64,000 nucleotides of DNA from positions 3,720,001 through 3,784,000 of the forward strand of contig CATNEN010000005.1 in assembly GCA_950097015.1 (NCBI GenBank), given 5' to 3'. A program made the position numbers and the translations under genes. Origin of the DNA: Macrostomum hystrix. Its lineage: Eukaryota; Animalia; Platyhelminthes. Positions within the stretch are counted from its first letter, which is position 1, and each line of letters begins with the position of its first letter. The notes under the pieces were generated by a model, which did no database searches, was not told the DNA's origin, and worked only from the letters and a program-made list of their open reading frames with translations. Below are positions 25,401 through 37,400 of the stretch, piece by piece.

Positions 25401-28400
25401 GTAAATTTGAAGAAATATAGCACTCACGATAACAGGTGTGTCCGTCGGTGCCGATCTGCCAACCGGGGTTGCACTCGCAGGTGTAAGCTCCGTGCACATT
25501 CCTGCATACGTGGTCGCACGGACCGCGACCGCCGTTCTTGTCGCACTCGTTGATGTCTGCGATGATGCCAGGAAAGTAAGGATATTTGCGGGAGGGCTGC
25601 GGGCACTGCATGGGACATCATTTTGGTGACACCAGACCCACAGCCAGCGAGTAGGCGATTCTGCCCATTCCGCTGACTCCTGAGCACACCACGCACGCAT
25701 GTGTGTACATTGCCCTGACCTTGGTGCGAGAGGCAAAATCTTTGGATCGCTTTGCCACTGTAATTTGTCCAAAATCAGTTATAACTTTTTGCCATTCTTC
25801 GAGTACTTGCTAAAAAGCTTTATCCTTGGTATGGTGAATAATCCATGATTCTTTGGTTCTTCAATCGGGAAAATTATCCCTCCCACAATATTGGGATTAT
25901 TAGCATAAAACTGTTTTACCAATGCAGCTCCTCGGATCTCTCGGGCTGACATCGAATCCGGTGTAGCAGCGGCATTCGGCTTTGCCATTCTGATTGGCGC
26001 ACTCGTGTTGACAGCCTCCGTTGCTAACAGCGCACGGGTTCAAAGCTGCGAATAATAAAAACGTTGCTTTGTGTTTTGCTTATTTGAATTTGATTGGCTC
26101 CCGAGGTTCGTTACGTGCGTGCCTCAAAAAGGATTTTCCGCGCTTGTTTCTAAAAATAGTAACAAATCTTCCCGCTCTCTCCTCCTCCGCCAATCAGAAA
26201 TTTTCTCTTTCTGTAGAATATAAAAGACATCAAGACACCAACCAATACTGCGTACAGCTTTTCAGTCTATAGACTTTGCATGTGCAGTCCATGAACATGA
26301 AGCAATGCGAAAATAAGAGTCTAGCTAATAATGTACGCATATTTAAAAAACGTACAAATTTAGCAACAATTTCTTAAATTATATTAGTTTTTTAGACTCA
26401 CAATTGGTTAATTAGATAAAAACTACTTTGACTGCTTTGGAAATATGCCTGATGAATATTCTTTCTTATTAAACTAGAGGGCTATAAGAACGTAATGAAA
26501 CTAAAATCCCTAACTTCCTAACTTTAATAATATTCCAGCAATTTAGCAATCATCTAGCAATTTACCTTTCCTTCGCACTAAGTCATAATATTAGATAATG
26601 AGTAAGTAATTTTATTACTCTTTGCTTAATTTACACTGCTCAGTTGGCTAATTACGAGTAAACAGTTCACAATCAGCATTTAAATTTGGTCGAAACTGAA
26701 GCTGTATCCAACAAACCTTGACAATTCATCTGATCTGGTCCTAGCGTGTAGCCTTCTAGGCATTTACACTGATGCCTGCCCGGCCTAATTACTTCGCAGA
26801 GGTGTTGACAGCCGCCATTGTTCACCTCGCATGGGTTTTGATCTGCGGGATTTTGCGCAGATAAAAACCTGTTTAAATGATTCACTATTATTCTCGACAA
26901 TCACCGAAAAAAGGCAAAAAGATAACGACAGCCTTTAGCCAATAGAAAGTCGGCCAAAAGCTAAAGTGGTTGGCGGAGTGGGGTGGTTGACGGAGTGGGG
27001 TGGCGCAGTAAGATGTCTAGGCGGAGTGGGGTGGTTGAGCGTGGAATTGAAAATTTTCTAATTAAACGACATAAAAAAATAGAAGTTAAGAGAAAAATGT
27101 TGCAATAAATTATAAAAAAAACATCGAATCACAATTAGATATTGCGGCATGCATAAAAACAGTGTCCAAAATCTAGTTTTTGGTCACACTTGTTGTAATT
27201 AACGCTTATTACTATTGTAGAAAGCATGCGATATAAAAAATAGAAATAAAAAATACATAATGTTATTAATCATTAGCTTGTTAAAATGCGCTTACATGGG
27301 CTGACAGTTGTACTATTTTCTGAAACAGAAATATTTTATACTTCAACCCAAGTTAAACCATTAATAGTGTTACGAGAAAAATTGCGTTTTTAAGATGCGT
27401 TTAAATCAAGTAAGCGCATTATCAAACACCCGATTACGTGGAGTTAAAAATTGCAATGTTCTAAGAAAAGCGCGCCAATTTAAATTCGCACTTGCCTTTA
27501 CTGCAAGTCTTTAAATCTGGTTGGAGCAGTAGGCCCGGCGGGCACAGACACCTGTAGCCACCTGGCGTGTTCTCGCACCAGTACTGGCAGCCACCCCTGT
27601 TGTTTACGCACTCATTTATGTCTAAAATATAGCATTTTTATTCGAAAATGTTTACTTGCTGCCAGGCTTCTCGATATAAATTTTAAATACACTACATGCT
27701 GAAATTCAACCTCTAGCCATATAAATGTTGATGGTTCAGTATTTTTTAAACGAACTAAAGAGTCATTGTCAGTTTGAGTGAGATTGTTCTCGGGGTGAGG
27801 TGGCTGCTCGTGGTAATGAGATGGCTACTGGCTGAGTGATGTGGCTAGTCATGGAGTGAGGCGCCTGCTAGTGGAGTGAGGTGGCTGCTAGTGCAGGAGT
27901 GGTGTGGCCGCGGAGTGAGGTGGCTGCCGGTAGAGGTAAGGTGGCTGGTCATGGAGTGAGGTGGCTGCTGGTTGAGCAATGTGGCTAGTCATGCAGTGAG
28001 GTAGCTGCTAGTGCAGTGACGTGGCCGCGGAGTGGGGTGCCTGCTAGTGGAGTGAGGTGGCCGCGGAATGAGGTGGCTGGTTTTGGAGTGAAGTGGCTGC
28101 TGGTAGAGTGAGGTGGCTGATAGTGGAGTTAGGTGGCTGGTAGTGGAGTGAAGTGGCTGGTAGTGGAGTGAGGTGGCTGGTAGTGGAGTGAGGTGGCTTG
28201 TAATGGAGTGAGGTGGCTGCTCATGGAGTGAGGTGGCTGCAAGTGGAGTGTGGTGCTGGCGGAGTGAGTGAAGAATTTTCACTATTTGATTTCTCAGGAC
28301 ACAGATACTGTCAATGAACTGTCTATGAACTCGTGGTACTGTAGCCCACAAGCCAAGCTGTTGCCACACAAACCCAGGCAGCGCTTGTTGTCAGCGGCCA

Positions 28401-31400
28401 GAAAGTAGCCAGACGGGCATTTGCAATAATAAGATCCCGGCGTGTTGCAGCACTCGCCGCCCTCGCAGTTGCCGCTGCGCAAACTGCATTCGTCAATGTC
28501 TGAAAGTAAGTGGTTTTAATGCGAAATACACGACACGCGCACAACATCAATGGATAATAAGCAATTCTTTTGGCAGTAATATCGCGTGCGCTGGTTATTT
28601 AAATGATTACAACATTTTTAAGACAACAATTATGAGAAAATGTTTCGTCCAAGCCTTTTGAAATATTCTTCTAAGTTCTATACTATTTTTCTCGTACCTC
28701 TACTAGTTTTTCTCCATTCTCTTCTCTCTCTTTTCCTCTCTCCTCTTCTCTCTCCTCTTCTCTCTCCTCTCTCCTTCTCTTCTCTCTTCTCTTATCTTCT
28801 ATCCTCTTCTCTTCTCTTCTCTTCTCTCTTCTCTCTTCTATCCTCTCTCTTCTCTTCTCTTCTCTCCTCTCTTCTCTTCTCTCCCCTCTATTCTCTCCTC
28901 TCTCCTTCTCTTCTCTTCTCTCGTCCCTCTTCTATCCTCTCATTTTTCATCTCTCTTCTCTCTTCTATCCTCTCATTTTTCATCTCTCTTCTCTCTTCTA
29001 TCCTCTCATTTTTCATCTCTCTTCTCTCTTCTATCCTCTCATGTTTCATTTCTCTTCTCTCTTCTATCCTCTCATGTTTCATTTCTCTTCTCTCTTCTAT
29101 CCTCTTATTTTTCATCTCTCTTCCCTCTTCTATCCTCTCTCTTCTCTTCTATTCTCTCCTCTCTTCTCTTCTCTCTCTTCTATTCTCTCCTCTCTCCTTC
29201 TCTTCTCTTGTCTCTCTACTGTCTCCTATCTCCTATCCCGTTATAAAAAACTATTGAATTCAACGCACTGCTTGCACTCACGCCACTTGTTTGTGTGCAA
29301 TGTAAAGAAGTAAAAAAATTGACTTGCGCAAAAAATAATTCGCAACACTAATACACCAGCTCATATTCGCAACACTAATACACCAGCTCATATTCGCAGC
29401 ACAGAAAACAGAATCAAAGCGAAGCGAATTCCAAATTAGGAATTTCTATCGTACTTCCATGCTTAAAGAAGATATATCAAGACAATAATTAATTAGCAGA
29501 CGCTAATACGAGTAAATTGAGTATAACAAACCATTTTCGCAGAAACGGCCGTGGAAGCCCGGCTTGCAGATGCAGGGCTGTTCGTCGCTGTTGAGCAGCA
29601 GGCCGCCCGAATTGCTGGCCCGAAACAGATTGCATTGACCACCGTTTGCGCAGAGACCGGGCTGGCAAGCTGCGTGGGCGGATGTTTTAGTGGGCTTCTA
29701 TCATTAGGTGTTCTTATTTAGCGGAGAATCGAACTCACGACCTCAGAAGTCAAGAGCTTTTACCCTGCGTGAAATGAAACACTTTTGCTAGAGGACACAA
29801 ATTGCTCCAGTGAAGAAGGAAATCGAACCCTCGACCTTCAAGTCGTGAGTCCGACGCTCTAACCACTTGGCAAATTCTGAGCCCCTGTCTCAATTTCTCT
29901 CTCCTCTCCTCTCTCCTCCCTTGACTCTCTCCTATCTCCTCTCCCCACTGCTTTCACTCTACTCTCCACTCTCCACTCTACTCTCTCTCCTCTCCTCTCT
30001 CCTCTCCTCTCTCCTCCCTTGACTCTCTCCTATCTCCTCTCCCCACTGCTTTCACTCTACTCTCCACTCTCCACTCTACTCTACTCTCTCCACTCTCCTC
30101 TCTCCACTCTCCACTCTCCTCTCTCCTCTCTCCACTCTCCTCTCCCCTCTCTCCACTCTCCTCTCCCCTCTCTCTACTCTCCTCTCTCCACTCTCCTCTC
30201 TCCTCTCTCTACTCTCCTCTCTCCTCTCTCCACTCTCTCCTCTCTCCTCTCTCCACTCTCCTCTCTCCTCTCCTCTCTCTACTCTCCTCTCTCTTCTCTC
30301 CTCTCTCCTCTCCCCACTCCTTTCACTCTACTCTCCTCTCTCCTCTCTCCTCTCTCCTCTCTCTACTCCCCTCTCTCCACTCTCCTCTCTCCTCTCTCTA
30401 CTCTCCTCTCTCCACTCTCCTCTCTCCTCTCTCTACTCTCCTCTCTCCTCTCTCCACTCTCTCCTCTCTCCTCTCTCCACTCTCCTCTCTCTTCTCTCCT
30501 CTCTCCTCTCCCCACTCCTTTCACTCTACTCTCCTCTCTCCTCTCTCCTCTCTCTACTCCCCTCTCTCCACTCTCCTCTCTCCTCTCTCTACTCTCCTCT
30601 CTCCACTCTCCTCTCTCCTCTCTCTACTCTCCTCTCTCCTCTCTCCACTCTCTCCTCTCTCCTCTCTCCACTCTCCTCTCTCTTCTCTCCTCTCTCCTCT
30701 CCCCACTCCTTTCACTCTACTCTCCTCTCTCCTCTCTCCTCTCTCCTCTCTCCTCTCTCTACTCCCCTCTCTCCACTCTCCTCTCTCCTCTCTCTACTCC
30801 CCTCTCTCCACTCTCCTCTCTCCTCTCTCTACTCCCCTCTCTCCACTCTCCTCTCTCCTCTCTCTACTCCCCTCTCTCCACTCTCCTCTCTCCTCTCTCT
30901 ACTCCCCTCTCTCCACTCTCCTCTCTCCTCTCTCTACTCCCCTCTCTCCACTCTCCTCTCTCCTCTCTCTACTCCCCTCTCTCCACTCTCCTCTCTACTC
31001 CCCACTCTCCTCTCTCCTCTCTCTACTCCCCTCTCTCCACTCTCCTCTCTACTCCCCTCTCTCCTCTCTCCTCTCTCTACTCCCCTCTCTCCACTCTCCT
31101 CTCTCCTCTCTCTACTCTCCTCTCTCCACTCTCCTCTCTCCTCTCTCTACTCTCCTCTCTCCTCTCTCCACTCTCTCCTCTCTCCTCTCTCCACTCTCCT
31201 CTCTCTTCTCTCCTCTCTCCTCTCCCCACTCCTTTCACTCTACTCTCCTCTCTCCTCTCTCCTCTCTCCTCTCTCCTCTCTCTACTCCCCTCTCTCCACT
31301 CTCCTCTCTCCTCTCTCTTCTCTCCACTCTCCTCTCTCTACTCCCCTCTCTCCACTCTCCTCTCTCCTCTCTCTACTCCCCTCTCTCCACTCTCCTCTCT

Positions 31401-34400
31401 CCTCTCTCTACTCCCCTCTCTCCACTCTCCTCTCTACTCCCCACTCTCCTCTCTCCTCTCTCTACTCCCCTCTCTCCACTCTCCTCTCTACTCCCCTCTC
31501 TCCACTCTCCTCTCTCTACTCCTCTCTCTCCACTCTCCCCTCTCCTCTCTCTACTCTACTCTCTCCACTCTCCTCTCTCCACTCTACTATCTCTTCTAGC
31601 AATATGAGAATATCAACAATTGGTTTCATTAGATCTAAATAGAGGTCGGTCGTTAGTCCAGTGGTTCGGAAATGCGTATTTCTGACTAAAAAGTCGGAAG
31701 TTTGTTTCACTTACAAAGGGAAACAAGCTGTGCTGGGGTAGAAATAATTTTATTATTATTTTAAATTTAACACAATTGCTGAATAATTAGTAATGCGACG
31801 AAGCAATTAAAATTAAAATCTTTCTTCTTCAAAAAATCTAATCAAAGACAGGTTTAAAAAATAATTAAGCTGACTGACGCTTGCTCACACACACCTCTGC
31901 AACACAGGCCTAATGAGTCTATGCGAGACTCTTCAGCTCTTGATGAAGTTAGTCAGCAGAGAAAGAGTTCATCAATAATGCTTGACTGACTCTGTCCTAG
32001 AGTATATATATATATCTACATGCATGTAAACTCAAAGTCTATATATACGTTAGACTTGATCAGCCCATGACAAATGGCTTGCGATGCGAAATCTCAGTCT
32101 AGCATTAGAAGTTGAGAAGGTATATACACTGAGTGAGCTGAGTACCTATAAGGGGCTACACTCAAGAAAACGAGCACTTGTATTCCCCGTCAACCGTGAC
32201 TTAATCGGTTCGATTCCCTATTCCCAACTTTGTTGGCAAGATTCCCAACGGGGATATGGGATTTATTCTAAGGGATCAGAGATCTGTTTGGACCTAGAGT
32301 CATTCCTTATCGCTCGCTCTCTCATTCTTTTACATCCTCGATTCCTCATCCATCGCATTAGAAATTGACTCGTCAAATCAATCACAGGAAACAGATGTTC
32401 CACTATGGCAGAAAATGCTGTTTAGGAGGATTTAGATCCTTCTTTATTAAATATTGGAAACTGCAAGAAAAATTTATTTCAAAGCAAAATCTATACAGAT
32501 GGGTCTGTTTATTAAAGACTGCCCTCTAGAAAATCTTTGTTGAGGGCAACAGTAGATTCGGAAACAGTAGATTCGGAACCAGTAGATTCGGAACCAGTAG
32601 ATTCGGAAACAGTAGATTCAGAAACAGTATATTCGGAACCAGTAGATTCGGAAACAGTAGATTCGGAAACGGTAGATTCGGAAAACAGTAGATTCGGAAA
32701 CATTAGATTCGGAAACATTAGATTCGGAAACAGTAGATTCGGAAAAAGAAGATTCGGAAACAGTAGATTCGGAAACAGAAGATTCGGAAACATTAGATTC
32801 GGAAAACAGTAGATTCGGAAACATTAGATTCGGAAAACAGTAGATTCGGAAACCGTAGATTCGGAAACCGTAGATTCGGAAACAGTACATTCGGAAACAG
32901 TAGATTCGGAAACAGTAGATTCGGAAACAGTAGATTCGGAAACAGTAGATTCTGAAACAGTAGATTCGGAAACAGTAGATTCGGAAACAGTAGATTTAAA
33001 AATGGGGACTTAGAAAAAAGTAAATTAGGAATGGACGACTCGGAAATCCACGATTAGGAAATAGACGATTTATTTGGAAATAGGCGATTCGGAAATAGAC
33101 GATTCGGAAACAGTCGATTCGGAAATAGACGATTTAGAAATAGACGATTCGGAAATAGAGTAATCAGAAATAGGCGATTCGGAAATAGACGATTCGGAAA
33201 TAGACGATTCGGAAATAGACGATTCAGAAGTATTAATTTCTTGCAGAATATTTCACAAGGAAGGAATTCCTATAAAAAGGAATGAATCTAGTAAATTAAA
33301 TTTCGTTCTATTTACGACGTTTGCTAAGTGAAATGACTGCGCCAAAGTCTGTAAATAAGTTAAGAGATTTGGACTCGAGAATAGAAATGTAGAGAAGCAG
33401 ATAGAAACTAAATAAAGCAATTTTCTTGAGTGCAAAAGCATGAAGGCATTTGAATGCAACTTCCTAGCCAAATGTACAGTCCTTGCTTTACTTCTAACCA
33501 AAATAAACTAAGCTTGACCTCACGAGGGCGGCAAACGCGGTTGAGTTTGAAAAGACGGCCGGAGTTAAAACAAGTTTTCCATTTCGAATAATTAAAAAAT
33601 GATTCACGAGATGAAGACCTCAAACGCCTGGCATTGTTGCGTAATCTTTGTGTTTTCTTTTGCCCGAAGTCTGCTTTAAACAGTAGTTTTCAAATTTTAG
33701 CCTACTTAACTAAATCAACAAAATTGTTTCGTTTGCTATATTTTAAAATGAAAACTTTAGACATTGAAGATAGCTAAAATAATTTTTGCCACGCAGCAAC
33801 TAAAATTAGATTAATTTGAGCAAATAAAGGTAGGATTTATGCTTGACTGGCTTACAAACAGTTTTTCATTTTTTAAAGACTAAATCCAAATTCTGGGCCA
33901 TCTTGTATGCTGAGTGTCTCCAACGATAAACATTTCGTCGCAGCCTATAGATCATGGAGTGACGAAATAGGGATCATGGAGTGAAAAACTGTAGATCATG
34001 GAGTGACAAACAATGGATCATGGAGTGACTGACTATCGATCATGCATTGACAGACTATGGATCATGAAGTGACAAACTGTAGATCATGGAGTGACAAACA
34101 ATGGATCATGGAGTGAAAAACTGTAGATCATGCATTGACAGACTATGGATCATGGAGTGACAAAACTGTGGATCATGGAGTGACAAACTATGGATCATGG
34201 AGTGAGAAACAAGGGTTTCTTAGGAGGACAAATCACGGATCAAGAAATGACAAACGATTGAATTCTGGTGAAAAAATATGCATGAAGCCCCACACCCACC
34301 ATCAGTGCAGCCGTCTCCGCTGCGCAGCGCCACGAAACCGCGACAGCATTTGTACTCGGTCCTCTCTTGACTTCGATAGACAGTGCGCACAGTAGTAAGG

Positions 34401-37400
34401 TAGCGAACCCTGCGATGAGCAATTCGTGGCAAATATTAGTTAAATTATTAAAAATATTTCTCGTAATTCCACACGCGCCGACACATGGCTTATTCCACGC
34501 ACCACCCCTTTCCTCTCACCCGACACCTCGCTTATCGCACCCACCACCCCATTCCTCACACAGACACCTCGCTTATCGCACCAACCACCCCATTCCTCTC
34601 ACCCGACACATCGCTTATCGCACCCCATTCCTCACACGCGACACCTCGCTTATCGCACCCATTCCTCACACCCGACACCTCGCTTATCGCACTCACCACC
34701 CCATTCCTCACACAGACACCTCGCTTATCGCACCCATTCCTCACACCCGACACCTCGCTTCTCCTACAAACCTTTTCTCATAGCCGATACACCAGTTGCC
34801 CTGACTGTGACAATTTGGTTTCCAAACTTTCACCAGCTTCACAAACGGTTTGGTCTCCTTCTCCTCGATTGGAATCATGTCCAATGCCTTGTAGGGGCAC
34901 ACGTTAGGCCTGAAAATGGTTTAATCGGTTTTTAGATTCTCTAACTAGCAAAACTCAAGGTCAATTCGAGGTCAGGATTGTTAGCCATTAACTTCTACCC
35001 TAAAGAACCATGCTCAATTAGGCAGCACGTTGCTCAAACCTAGGTCTAACCCCACACTTGACTGTCTTGACTTTGCGGCTCATAAATAACTTTTTTAGCC
35101 TGATCGATGTTGGCTGACTCGACTAGCCTAGATAAAGGCATGCAATCTATTTTAGCAGACAGCTCTGAGTAGGAGTCAGATAGTACAGAATCTACATTCA
35201 ACTGACTGCTTTAGCTAATAGCTAAGCACACAAGGCAAAAAATAGCGTTAAAATTTTCAATGAGTAACACTCTGCAGTGATTATTGACTAAACGTTTGAA
35301 ATGTAACTCTGCCTTTCAGAGAGTCCTGCGAATGCAGAGAGTGACTAAAAATTGACTACAATACAGTGACGATATGAAAGTGACTACCAGAGAGTGACTA
35401 TTAGAGAGTGACTATTAGAGAGACTATCAGAGAGTGACTATCAGAGAGACTATCAGAGAGTGACTATCAGAGAGTGACTATCAGAGAGTGACTATCAGAG
35501 AGTGACTATCAGAGAGTGACTATCAGAGAGACTATCAGAGAGTGACTATTAGAGAGTGACTATTAGAGAGTGACTATCAGAGAGACTATCAGAGAGTGAC
35601 TATCAGAGAGTGACTATCAGAGAGTGACTATCAGAGAGACTATCAGAGAGTGACTATTAGAGAGTGACTATTAGAGAGTGACTATTAGAGAGACTATCAA
35701 AGAGTGACTATCAGAGAGTGACTATCAGAGAGTGACTATCAGAGAGTGACTATCAGAGAGACTATCAGAGAGTGACTATTAGAGAGACTATCAAAGAGTG
35801 ACTATCAAAGAGTGACTATCAGAGAGTGACTATAAGAGAGTGACTATAAGAGAGTGACTATCAGAGAGTGACTATCAGAGAGTGACTATCAGAGAGACTA
35901 TCAGAGAGTGACTATCAGAGAGTGACTATCAGAGCGTTACTATCAGAGAGTGACTATCAGAGAGTGACTATCAGAGAGACTATCAGAGAGTGACTATCAG
36001 AGAGTGACTATCAGAGCGTTACTATCAGAGAGTGACTATCAGAGAGTGACTATCAGAGAGTGACTATCAGAGAGTGACTATCAGAGAGTGACTATCAGAG
36101 AGACTATCAGAGAGTGACTATCAGAGAGTGACTATCAGTGAGTGACTATCAGAGATTGACTATCAGAGAGTGACTATCAGAGCGTTACTATCAGAGCGTT
36201 ACTATCAGAGAGTGACTATCAGAGAGTGACTATCAGAGAGTGACTATCAGAGAGTGACTATCAGAGAGTGACTATCAGAGAGTGACTATCAGAGAGTGAC
36301 TATCAGAGAGTGACTATCAGAGAGACTATCAGAGAGTGACTATCAGAGAGTGACTATCAGAGAGTGACTATCAGAGAGACTATCAGAGAGTGACTATCAG
36401 AGAGTGACTATTAGAGAGTGACTATTAGAGAGACTATCAGAGAGTGACTATCAGAGAGACTATCAGAGAGTGACTATCAGAGAGTGACTATCAGAGAGTG
36501 ACTATCAGAGAGTGACTATCAGAGAGTGACTATCAGAGAGACTATCAGAGAGTGACTATTAGAGAGTGACTATTAGAGAGTGACTATCAGAGAGACTATC
36601 AGAGAGTGACTATCAGAGAGTGACTATCAGAGAGTGACTATCAGAGAGACTATCAGAGAGTGACTATTAGAGAGTGACTATTAGAGAGTGACTATTAGAG
36701 AGACTATCAAAGAGTGACTATCAGAGAGTGACTATCAGAGAGTGACTATCAGAGAGTGACTATCAGAGAGACTATCAGAGAGTGACTATTAGAGAGACTA
36801 TCAAAGAGTGACTATCAAAGAGTGACTATCAGAGAGTGACTATAAGAGAGTGACTATAAGAGAGTGACTATCAGAGAGTGACTATCAGAGAGTGACTATC
36901 AGAGAGACTATCAGAGAGTGACTATCAGAGAGTGACTATCAGAGCGTTACTATCAGAGAGTGACTATCAGAGAGTGACTATCAGAGAGACTATCAGAGAG
37001 TGACTATCAGAGAGTGACTATCAGAGCGTTACTATCAGAGAGTGACTATCAGAGAGTGACTATCAGAGAGTGACTATCAGAGAGTGACTATCAGAGAGTG
37101 ACTATCAGAGAGACTATCAGAGAGTGACTATCAGAGAGTGACTATCAGTGAGTGACTATCAGAGATTGACTATCAGAGAGTGACTATCAGAGCGTTACTA
37201 TCAGAGCGTTACTATCAGAGAGTGACTATCAGAGAGTGACTATCAGAGAGTGACTATCAGAGAGTGACTATCAGAGAGTGACTATCAGAGAGTGACTATC
37301 AGAGAGTGACTATCAGAGAGTGACTATCAGAGAGACTATCAGAGAGTGACTATCAGAGAGTGACTATCAGAGAGTGACTATCAGAGAGACTATCAGAGAG

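Noticed and set aside
25980-26200. CCAAT-box cluster as an internal promoter in a MEGF6 intron
   Set aside because: Short motifs with no associated ORF or TSS evidence.
29810-29875. tRNA-Val(CAC)-like gene; similar heads at 17710, 52850, 55600 and 56920
   Set aside because: Acceptor stems are incomplete and the heads continue into shared SINE bodies.
30019-31599. 526-aa Leu/Ser/Pro ORF
   Set aside because: Translation of a CT low-complexity tract.
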